Source: an uncultured Enterobacteriaceae bacterium (GTDB taxonomy: Bacteria; Myxococcota_A; UBA9042). Taken from it: DNA of 64,000 nucleotides. Location of the stretch: NCBI GenBank assembly GCA_964586155.1, contig CAZPHC010000008.1:112110-176109 (forward strand), read 5' to 3'. Under the pieces are notes generated by a model. The model made no database searches and was not told the DNA's origin. It saw only the letters and a list, made by a program, of their open reading frames with translations. How positions within the stretch are numbered: position 1 is the first letter of the stretch; every line of letters starts with the position of its first letter. The position numbers were made by a program, and so were the translations under genes. This document shows, piece after piece, positions 44,266 through 53,500 of the stretch.

Positions 44266-47200
44266 ATGGACGGCGCGACTCAACGCAACGCAACGCAACG
44301 CAACGCAACGCAACGCAACGCAACGCAACGCAACGCAACTTGGCGGAGCCGTAGCCGCCGCGCAACTTGGCCGGCGTCGATCGTTCTGCTGATGTGCGCA
44401 GCACCGCCGGCCGCCATCGCCAAGCCGGCGCCCACGCCGGCGCGTGACCTGCCTCCCCCCTCCGTCGTGCCACGCGGCACCCCCTCGACCAGCACGATCG
44501 ACGCCGAGATCGCCGCCGACACGTCGCTGACGTTGGAATGCGAGCAACTGCTCGCATCGAACACGAAGCTCAGCGCGAAGAAGCGTGCGACGCTGCTGGC
44601 CGACTGCAAGGCGGGGACCGCCAATGGTGGCGGCGGCGGTGGCGGTGTGCAGGCGATGGCGATCAGCTACGACCCCAGCTACGACCACTGCGTCGACGGC
44701 AGCAAGACGCTGTGCGCCAACCCGGACGTGTTTCACTTCGTCGTCCGCACGTTTCAGGTGACGTCGAGCGCGCCGCTCACGGTGTCGACCGGCGACCTGC
44801 AGAGCATTGGCGGCTCGACGCCCGACACGGTGCTCTACTTGGTCAAGTGCGACACGTCGGCCTGCGACGCAGGCGACATCGTGGCGATCGACGACGATAT
44901 CGGCGGGTCGCCGATCAACTGGGCCAGTTCGATCACGGTCGCATCGCCGGCGGCAGGGACGTACGCCGCCTACGTCGTGGCGTACAGCGCCGCGCGCGGC
45001 GGGCTGTGCGATCTGTCGGTGAGCCAGGCTGGAGGGGTCAACTTCGTGGACCAAGATCGGCGATTTTCGCTGTGGAAGGTCGCCAACAAGGAGCTGCGGA
45101 CCGGCGATGTGGTGGTGGCGGCGACCAACCCTGGCGCGCCGAGCATGACGACTCCTGGCTATGCGAACTACCACGACAGCAAGGTGCTGGTCGTGTCGAA
45201 CAGTGCTTTCGACTGTAGCAGCAACTGCGGGCGGTCGCAGTTTGCGGATGATACCGCGTTCGGGTCGAGCGCGTCGACGTACATGACGCGGATGACGATC
45301 GGCGCGGCGCTTGGGTCGCCGACGGCGGCGAAGATCATGGTTGGGGTGTACAACGACTTCACGATAGGTGGAGAGTACTTTCGAATGCACGCGCGGTTGG
45401 CGCACATGCGACGTCATGTCAACGACGGCGGTAGCTGGAGTGGCAGCACTGCGTACAACGACGATGACAGCGACGGCGTGACATACGAGGTCGAGCTGCA
45501 GCTGGGGACGTGCGACGACCCCGACTCCGTCGACGGCACCGACGTGATCGTCGAGGGCTGGAACTGTGGTCAGGCGCAGGACTGGGTGGACGACCACGTC
45601 AACCTCTTCGAGAAGCAACAGATCTGTACCGGCAGCTCGAGCGACGCACGTTGCTGGCGGCCGAGCGACAGTGATCACGACGGCTTGGACGATGGGGCCG
45701 AGCTCTTCGTGCCGGTCATCAGCTGCGACGGTGCGCCGGCCGGGCCGTACCGGGAGGCGACCGGCTGCACGCGCGTCAATCCGATCGTCGGTACCTGCGA
45801 CAGCGGGGACTGGTGTGCCCTCGAGCCGGCCAGTGGCGACTTGGACTCCCCATGGTTCGGGCAGGATCCGACGGTGTACGATGGATTTGTCGAGGCGGAT
45901 TGGCTGGCGAGCACGAACGGCGCCATCGACGCCACTACGTCCGCCCATGCTCTGACCGCTGCGCAGCAAACGACACTCCGCAACATGTGGAGCGTGGAGC
46001 CTGGCCGATGCTGGGACGGCAGCACCGGTAGCTGCCCGGGAGCCAGCGACCTTCACTATCGCGTCAACCTCCATGCCTACGCCGGCAGCGGATGGCTCGT
46101 TGCGGATGACCGCGCTGAGCGTGAGATCATCAAGGGCGGCGAAGATGCCGGAGCCGTCTTCGCCCGTTCACACTTTTTTGCGCGATCGAAGCCGTCGCTA
46201 CGCCACTACGGAGTCCTGCGCTATGGCTTCGCGCTCCATCAGGCAGGCAATGGCTGGTCGGATTGGTCTCGCTCCTTCCAATGGGGCAACCTGGATCCCG
46301 CACCAGAGAAGGCACGATCGGCCTTCGCGCATGAACTGGGCCACTCGTTTGGCCTGGCCCATCGCCATGGCGCGCAGACGTGGGAAGTCTGTGGTCCAGG
46401 TCCAACGATGTGTACGCGCTGCGCACTGGACGGCGACGCGTGCACCTCGGCGTTGCCGAACCACAGCTGCAATCCGGCGCCCAACGCAGGCACCGCATGG
46501 CAAGAGAATCCAGTTCCGACGGTCATGTCGTACCAGTACAGCGGTGGAATGTTGCAGCAGCAGTCGTCGCTCCCAGGCAGTGTCTTCGACTATTCGCAGT
46601 GTTCCCAGGTCAACCTGCGCTACTCCAAGGGCCTGCTTGAGCGGAGGCTCGACGAGAAGGCCCTCGACAACTCTTGGGACGCTGGCAGTGCATTTGCCGG
46701 TTGGCAGCTACGATTGCTAACCCAGGCGATGTTCTGCTACCGGAGTCTGAACGTCTGTCGCGGCGGCATCGCGACGTTCGCCCTTCGCGAGGGCCAGGGC
46801 GGGTACTACGGGCCGACATGCGACCTCGACGGCTCTGGCGAGGCGACGACTTGCTATTTCAACTGGAATGGCCAGTTGCAGGGGCCAACTGATACCAGTT
46901 CGGCGCTTGGTGATACGGACATTACCGCGGGCCGGTGGAATGGCGATGCCAACGTGACCAGCAATCGGGAGGTCCTGGAAGACCAGGATGAGTGGGCACG
47001 AATTGTCTCCATGGGGCGGCTTTGGGCCGCGCGCGAACCGGGCAAGGCCATGTGCTTGTACGCCAATACGTTCAATGGGCCGCAGGTTGGCGATGATTTC
47101 TGTGGTTGGGGCGAGACGATCACGGTGGAAGGCGGGATGACGGCCGGGGGCGTCAACTACCCGATCGGCGGGTGCGCCGTGGCTGGCGACTGCGCGGGGG

Positions 47201-48057
47201 CGGGGGCGACTTGTTCGGCGGATCCGGCGACGTGCTCGGCGAATGAACAATGCCTGAGCGGAAGCTGTGTGTCGGGGCAGTGCGCATGCAGCTCAGACTT
47301 GGGGTGTCGATCGGGGCAGTGTGTGGCTGGGGCTTGTTTGACATACTGGGGTAGCTGTAGTTGTCAGAATGATGGCGAGTGTCCGGGTCAGCTCATTGAC
47401 TCGCTTCAGTGTGATTCTGGACCGAGTCCTGACCGATGTGTGACAGCTCGCACGTCCAGTGCTGTCGTCCCGCCTCAAAGCGAAGGGAGTCAGCCATGGG
47501 CACTTGGCGCGTCCGCCGCCTTCGATGGCTCCGACGATCGCATCAAATTGACAGGCGGCAGCAACTCGCGGCTCGAGGCCCTGTCCAGCACCTACGAGAA
47601 CCGCTTCACCCTCCATTTCGACTTTCGCTTTGACGGCTTTCAGGCCAGTGAGACAGCACATGTGCTGTGGAAGTCGGGGGCATTCCAGATGACGATCGCG
47701 AATGGAGATCAAATCCAGGCGTCAGTTGGCGGCCACACAGCGCTGGTCTGGTCGGGCTTCCAACGCGGCCGCTGGTATCGCGCCATCTGGTCGGCAAGCA
47801 AGAACGACCAAGGGCATTTTCTCTGGCTTCGGCGAATGGACCCAGAGACCGGGTGGTACGCAGACCCTGGCGATGGGGGCGGCGGCGCCTGCGTTTACCA
47901 GACGTGGACCTCTGAGCTGCCGTCGCCCGGAGACGTCTGGCTCGGCCACGACGGTGGCAGCGACGCAGACCTCTACTTTCACGGCCGCGTCGACAACGTC
48001 GCGCTCGTGAACTTTGTTGCAACCGCCCGGCCTTCTGGCTGTACGGCACAGCAGTAG
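44266..48057 (+). CDS. large secreted metzincin-type zinc metalloprotease with Asp-rich calcium-type repeats, a Cys-rich region and a LamG/ConA-like C-terminal domain
   Basis: GGAGG lies 5 nt upstream of the ATG at 44266. The signal-like segment is RSRSRRATWPASIVLLMCAAPPAAIA. Motifs include HELGHSFGLAH (HExxHxxGxxH), DDDSDG and DSDHDGLDDG, and the LamG-like FDGSDDRIKL...YFHGRVDNVALVN. Confidence 0.8.
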   Translation: MDGATQRNATQRNATQRNATQRNATWRSRSRRATWPASIVLLMCAAPPAAIAKPAPTPARDLPPPSVVPRGTPSTSTIDAEIAADTSLTLECEQLLASNTKLSAKKRATLLADCKAGTANGGGGGGGVQAMAISYDPSYDHCVDGSKTLCANPDVFHFVVRTFQVTSSAPLTVSTGDLQSIGGSTPDTVLYLVKCDTSACDAGDIVAIDDDIGGSPINWASSITVASPAAGTYAAYVVAYSAARGGLCDLSVSQAGGVNFVDQDRRFSLWKVANKELRTGDVVVAATNPGAPSMTTPGYANYHDSKVLVVSNSAFDCSSNCGRSQFADDTAFGSSASTYMTRMTIGAALGSPTAAKIMVGVYNDFTIGGEYFRMHARLAHMRRHVNDGGSWSGSTAYNDDDSDGVTYEVELQLGTCDDPDSVDGTDVIVEGWNCGQAQDWVDDHVNLFEKQQICTGSSSDARCWRPSDSDHDGLDDGAELFVPVISCDGAPAGPYREATGCTRVNPIVGTCDSGDWCALEPASGDLDSPWFGQDPTVYDGFVEADWLASTNGAIDATTSAHALTAAQQTTLRNMWSVEPGRCWDGSTGSCPGASDLHYRVNLHAYAGSGWLVADDRAEREIIKGGEDAGAVFARSHFFARSKPSLRHYGVLRYGFALHQAGNGWSDWSRSFQWGNLDPAPEKARSAFAHELGHSFGLAHRHGAQTWEVCGPGPTMCTRCALDGDACTSALPNHSCNPAPNAGTAWQENPVPTVMSYQYSGGMLQQQSSLPGSVFDYSQCSQVNLRYSKGLLERRLDEKALDNSWDAGSAFAGWQLRLLTQAMFCYRSLNVCRGGIATFALREGQGGYYGPTCDLDGSGEATTCYFNWNGQLQGPTDTSSALGDTDITAGRWNGDANVTSNREVLEDQDEWARIVSMGRLWAAREPGKAMCLYANTFNGPQVGDDFCGWGETITVEGGMTAGGVNYPIGGCAVAGDCAGAGATCSADPATCSANEQCLSGSCVSGQCACSSDLGCRSGQCVAGACLTYWGSCSCQNDGECPGQLIDSLQCDSGPSPDRCVTARTSSAVVPPQSEGSQPWALGASAAFDGSDDRIKLTGGSNSRLEALSSTYENRFTLHFDFRFDGFQASETAHVLWKSGAFQMTIANGDQIQASVGGHTALVWSGFQRGRWYRAIWSASKNDQGHFLWLRRMDPETGWYADPGDGGGGACVYQTWTSELPSPGDVWLGHDGGSDADLYFHGRVDNVALVNFVATARPSGCTAQQ
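44281..44335. repeat. pentanucleotide microsatellite (CAACG)x11 inside the 5' end of the CDS
   Basis: Eleven perfect units counted, followed by a degenerate CAACT. They encode (ATQRN)n. Confidence 0.95.
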
Positions 48058-48069
48058 AGGGGGGCGCAC

Positions 48070-49137
48070 ATGCGAGTCTCCCTCTGGCCTGCATGCGGTC
48101 TACTCGCGGCGATAGCTGCCCTCGCAGCTCCAGGCGGCTGCGGCTGCGAGCGCCCGCCTCACGCCGGCGACAGCGAAGCAGGAAGCACCGTGACCGACGC
48201 CATGCCAAGCGTCGACTCATTCGTGAACACAGTGACCGATGCCTTGGCGGAGTTGGACGAAGCAACGGCAAGTGAGAGCGAAGATGACGCGTCGAACGTC
48301 GACGACGTCGACGCATCGAGTGCCGAGGTGGTCCCCGACACGTCGCCGGACGCCCTGTGCACCAAGATCGATCTGCCCCTGCCCGGAGATGTGTGCACGG
48401 AGCTGGGGATTGTGCGCTGCACCAACGTGGAAGCCAAACCACTCACGGCAGGCAACAGCGATGGGGTTGACTGCTTTCGCCCCAATGCCGTCCGATGCAT
48501 GATGACCGAAGCTGGACTGCGGTGGGGTCTGGAGAATTGCAAAGTCTCGACGGGAGTCGAGCCCGGTGTACCGCCGGGCTTCGGACAGTGCGCGAATGGC
48601 GTTACGTGTGTCGTTCGCTCGGACACAGATCAAGGTTGTCAGCCAATTTCTTTTCTTGTCAAAGACTTACCGCAGCACCCACCATGGGAGCAGACTTCCA
48701 AGCTCAGCTCAGGTCATGCCGTCGGCGGGCAGTGGTGCTCTCCAACCTCAACCAACCCCCAGCTCCGTCCCGGCGCCCCACCGTGGTGCAGCGCAAACGC
48801 CGTCGTCCAATGCATGACCATCGACAAGAGCCCGTTCAAGGACCAAATCCTCGCAGCTGCAGGCGACTGCGCCAAGTACCTCCTGGTCGGCGAGTGGACC
48901 TTCCCGATCGAGCTCTGCCAGATCGAGCCCATGCACTGCTCGCCGAAGGAGCAGAAGTGCGTCCTGCCGCAGTACAAGTCGACCGCAGCGTGCAAGGAGT
49001 ATTTCTACCTCTGGTGCATGGACGAGAAGACGTACAAGGACCCCTTCTACGACCCCGTCACCAACAAGCTCCGCTGCAAGAAGGACTGCTTCGAAGCCGG
49101 CGCGCCTGGCTACGCGGCTGGAGAGAAGGGGCAATGA
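48070..49137 (+). CDS. secreted Cys-rich hypothetical protein
   Basis: RBS GAGGGGGG, ATG at 48070. The signal is MRVSLWPACGLLAAIAALAAPGGC, and many Cys follow. It starts 13 nt after the metzincin stop. Confidence 0.65.
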   Translation: MRVSLWPACGLLAAIAALAAPGGCGCERPPHAGDSEAGSTVTDAMPSVDSFVNTVTDALAELDEATASESEDDASNVDDVDASSAEVVPDTSPDALCTKIDLPLPGDVCTELGIVRCTNVEAKPLTAGNSDGVDCFRPNAVRCMMTEAGLRWGLENCKVSTGVEPGVPPGFGQCANGVTCVVRSDTDQGCQPISFLVKDLPQHPPWEQTSKLSSGHAVGGQWCSPTSTNPQLRPGAPPWCSANAVVQCMTIDKSPFKDQILAAAGDCAKYLLVGEWTFPIELCQIEPMHCSPKEQKCVLPQYKSTAACKEYFYLWCMDEKTYKDPFYDPVTNKLRCKKDCFEAGAPGYAAGEKGQ

Positions 49138-49281
49138 GCGCGACGCGTCACGATGGGGCAAACGTGGCGCCGCTGCCTGGGGCGTGAGCGGGCGACAACG
49201 GCAAATTTGGCCGTTCGGGCGCAATGGGCCTACGCTGGCGCAGCCGCCGGCCGCCCCTCGCGCTGGCGCTGGGAGCTCAGG

Positions 49282-50526
49282 ATGCGACTCTGGAACCGGC
49301 CGACGACGCGCGCGCGCCCCCCCTCGCCGCGGCCCTGGCTCGCGGTCTGCGCCGCCGCCCTCACGGGCGCGATGGTCGCTGGCTGCGGCGGAAAGGGCGA
49401 CGATCCGGCGCTGCCGCCACGCGCAGAGTCGGTCGCGGCGGGCCCCGCCGGCGCCGGCAAGCCCGTCGATCCGGCCCCCGCCAACGCGCCGCCGACCGAA
49501 GAGGCTGAAGAGTCGCCCGAACCGGTCGCCGCGCCTGAAGGTGCCACGCCCGGTGACGTGCTCGGGCCGGCGCCCAAGCCTGCCCGTCGCCTCGGCGCCA
49601 AGGGCGTCGCGGTCGGTGCCGACGGCAAGCCGGGCAAGCCGCTGCAGGCCGAGGTGCCCTGCGACGAGCTGGCGCCGGACTCGGCGTTCAAGCTGGCGAG
49701 CAAGGCCGAGATCCAGCTGCCGGCGCCCGCCGGCGAAGAGCCGGCGACGATCGAGGTCTGCCTGTTCCACAAGTCGACCGCACGCCAGGACGTCGAGCGC
49801 TTCGCCCGCACGGGCCGGCAACACGCCTTCGTCGCCGCCTTCCCCGGCCGCGACGTGGCCATCTGGACCGCTGACGAGCAGCAGTTCGAGCCGGCGACGC
49901 TGCCGGCCGACGCCGCCGTCAGCGCGTCGGGCTGGGCCGCCCTGCTGCCGACCGGCCTCGACGATCGCGTCGCGTTGGCCGTCGTCTCGGCCCGCTTCTA
50001 CGATGGCCCGGCGTCCGAGGTCGTGCGCACCGTGCGCGTCGGCCGCGTGCTCGAGCAGAAGGGCGGCCGCTGGGGCTGGCAGCCGCTGGCGCAGGTGGCG
50101 GTCGACAGCCTCGACCTCGACTACATCGACGCCCGCTGCAAGGCCGACCCCGCCGCCGAAGGCTGCGCCGACCTGGTCGCGCGCGCCGAGCGCTGGCGCG
50201 CCGAGGCCGAGCAGCGCAGCAGCCGCCGGCAGCAGCGGCTCGACGGCAAGGCCGCCGCCGGCCCCAAGGGCAAGCCCGAGGGCGACCCGCAATCCGAGTG
50301 GCTGCGCCGCGCCAACGCCGCCCTGGGCGCGCGCAAGCCCCACGACGCGGTCGTGGCCGCGCTGCACGTCGAGATGCTCTGTGGCGAGGCCGTGCTCGAG
50401 GCCCGCGCCGCGTTCGCCCAGGCCGCTCGCCTCGCCAACCAGCCGATCTTGCGCGTCGAGCCCAAGCCGCGCGCCACGGCGCTCTGCGGCCCGATGGCCG
50501 ATCGTGGCGGACCTGCGCGCAAATAG
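49282..50526 (+). CDS. hypothetical lipoprotein
   Basis: GGGAG RBS, ATG at 49282. The signal is MRLWNRPTTRARPPSPRPWLAVCAAALTGAMVAGC (lipobox). Confidence 0.65.
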   Translation: MRLWNRPTTRARPPSPRPWLAVCAAALTGAMVAGCGGKGDDPALPPRAESVAAGPAGAGKPVDPAPANAPPTEEAEESPEPVAAPEGATPGDVLGPAPKPARRLGAKGVAVGADGKPGKPLQAEVPCDELAPDSAFKLASKAEIQLPAPAGEEPATIEVCLFHKSTARQDVERFARTGRQHAFVAAFPGRDVAIWTADEQQFEPATLPADAAVSASGWAALLPTGLDDRVALAVVSARFYDGPASEVVRTVRVGRVLEQKGGRWGWQPLAQVAVDSLDLDYIDARCKADPAAEGCADLVARAERWRAEAEQRSSRRQQRLDGKAAAGPKGKPEGDPQSEWLRRANAALGARKPHDAVVAALHVEMLCGEAVLEARAAFAQAARLANQPILRVEPKPRATALCGPMADRGGPARK

Positions 50527-50550
50527 CGCTGCGCGCTCAGGCCGCCGGGC

Positions 50551-53500
50551 TCATTTGACCGCGCGGACGTAGACCAGCCAGCTGCCGTAGTTGTCCTTGC
50601 CGCAGATCGACATCGCGCCCTTGGTCCACATCTGGCCCGGGGCGGCGCATTGGTCGACGGCGGTCTGGCCGGGCACGAGCAGGGTCTTGCCGTCGCCTTC
50701 GAAGCAGCCGACGCCCCAGCCGCAGGTGAGCTTGTCGAAGTCGACGGAGTTGCCGCAGTTGACCGCCTGGCCATTGGCCGTCCAGGTGCCCGCGAGCGCC
50801 ACCTTCTTGGTCCAGCTCCAGCTGCCGGTGTACACCGGCGAGACGATGCCGTCGGTGTCGGACTCCTTGCACTTGTAGAGGAACTGCGCCTTCGGCCCCA
50901 TCAGCTTGGCCAGCTGTTCGCCGCTGATCTTGCTGTCGATGCGCGTCCAGCCACCGCCGGCGGTCGTCAGGTCGCAGCCGGTCGCGAACGAGGGCAGCTC
51001 GTCCTTGGGGTCCGGGTCGATCCAGACCTGGCTCAGGCCGGCGAGCTTGCTCGTCGCGCCGAACGCCTGGCAGCTGGTCGCGGCCGCACCGGGGGCGCCG
51101 CCGAGCAGGTCGCCGCAGCTCGTCAGGTCGAGGCGGACCTTGCGTACGCGGTTGTATTGCGCGTCGGCGACCCAGACGGCCCCCTTGGCGTCACGGCCGA
51201 GGCTGAGGTTGTTGCCCAGGCGGGCCTGCGGGCCGAGTCCGTCGAGCCAGCCCTCGGTCGTGAGATGGCCGACGATGGACTCGACGCGCTGCGTCGGCCA
51301 GACGCGCCGCACCGCGCTCGATCCGGTCGAGGTCACGAGCAAGGTCCCGTCCGGCAACGCCACGACATCGGTGGGCCGGTAGAACGTGCCACCGCGGCGG
51401 CCCACGCCGTCGACGTTGTTGCGCAGCGGCGGGCCCGCGTCGCCGATCACCGTCGTGAGCAGGCCGGTCGTGTCGAGCTTGCGCACGCTGTGCGTGTCGG
51501 CGTCGGCGATCCAGAGCACGCCCTTGGTGTCGTAGTCCAGGCCCTCGGGGTTGCACAGCTTGTTCGCACCGAACGGGCCGTCGACCGCGCCGCACGCGCC
51601 CAGGGTGCCCGCGACGGTGGTCACCTTGCCGTTGGTGTAGCGACGCAGCAGATGGTTGCCGGCGTCGGCGATGGTCACGATGCCGTCGGCGGTGGCCGCG
51701 ACGCCCAGGGGGTTCTTGATCGTCGCCGCGAGGCCGTCACCGTCGTACGCGCCGGCCTTGCCGTTGCCGATGATGCTCGAGACATTGCCGTCCGGGTCGA
51801 CGCGGCGGATGCGCTGGTTGTTCGGATCGCTGACGTAGAGGTTGCCCGCGCCGTCGACGGCGATACCCGTCGGGTTGGAGAACTTGGCCGCTCCGCCTTT
51901 GCCTTCGGCGTAGCCGGGGCCCTTGCCGCCGGCCAGGGTCGTGACCTTGCCGTCGGGCTCGATCTTGCGCACCGCAGCGCCGTAGTAGTCGACGGCGTAG
52001 AAGTTGCCCTTGTTGTCGCCGACGATGTCGCGCGGAGAGGCGAACATGACCTCGTTGCCCACGCCGTCCTTGACGCCGTTGCCGCCGCCGCCCGCCATCG
52101 TCGTGATCACGCCCACGCTGCTGCATTGGCCGTTGTAGCACTGCTTGGAGCATTCGCCGGCGCTGCCGCAGAGCGTGCCGTCGACCCGCGCCTTGCTGCG
52201 GCAGACGCCCTCGGCCGGATCGCAGGTGGCCTCCTGGCAGGGGTTGCCGTCGTCGCACAGCGTCGTGCCCGCGTCGCTGTGCTTGCAGCCGACCTTCGGA
52301 TCGCAGATGTCGAGCGTGCAGTCGTTGCCGTCGTCACAGGTCGAGCCGATCGGCGTGATGCGGCGCAGGGCATGGACGCTCGGCACGCTGACCAACACCG
52401 AGCCACCGCCCGCGTCAGCAAGGCCCGAGGCGACGCTCAAGGCCACCGCGCCGCCAAAGCCCTGCATCTGCTTGCCGCCGCCGGCGACCATGGTCACCTC
52501 GTTGCGGACCGGATCCCAGCGCCGGACGACGTGGAGCTGCGCGTCGCTGAAGTAGACGCCCGCGTCGGTGGGCAGCACGCTGCGCATGTTGTAGATGCGC
52601 ACCGAGAGCGAGCCGACGCCCGTCAGGGGCGCCTCCGGGCCACCGTCGGCGAGCACGGTGCTGACGACGCCGGCCGGGTCGATCTTGCGCAAGCGGCCGC
52701 CTGCCCACTCTGCCACCCAGAGGGTGCCCTTCTTGTCGAGCGCGACGTCCACCGGGTAGTGGAAGCGCGCCACCGAGCCCGGGCCGTCGAAGCCGCCGAT
52801 GTTGCCGTCGCCGGCGATCGTGGTCGTCGTGCCGTCGGCGCCGATCTTGCGGATGGCGTGGTTGGCGAAGTCGGCGAGGAAGGCGGCACCTTCGGCATCG
52901 ACCGTCAGCGCCAGGGGTTCGCGGAACCGGGCATCGGCGCCCTTGCCGTTGACCAGGCCGAACGCGCCGGTCTTGCCCGCCAGCAGCGTGACCGTGCCGT
53001 CCGCTGCGACGCGGCGGATGGTGTGGTTGTAGCGATCGGCGACGAAGAGCTCGCCCTGCTTGCCGAGCGCGATGTCTTCCGGTCGGTTGAAGCGGGCTTC
53101 CGTGGCGCCGCCGTTGGTGTCGCCCGAGGCCTGGCCCGGCCCGCCCGCGACCGTGTCGACCGTGCCGTCGGGGAGCATGACGCGGATGGTGTGGTTGTTC
53201 GCGTCTGCGATCCAGACCTTGCCCTTGCCGTCGGTCGCCATGCCAGTCGGGTAGTAGAAGCCCGCGACCGCGACCTGGCCCGCCAGCTTCACCGTGCCGT
53301 CGCGGGCGTTCACCGTGTTGAACGCCGCGGCCTCGCTGCCGGCACCGTGGCGCACCACGACCTGGTCAGGGTCCGCGAGGCAGCTGCCTCCGTTGCAGCG
53401 CTCGCTGGTCGTGCAGGCGCTGCCGTCGTCGCAGGGATCGCCGTCGGTCTTGGTCGTGTGTGCGCAGCCCTTCTGCGGATCGCAGGTGTCGACGCTGCAC

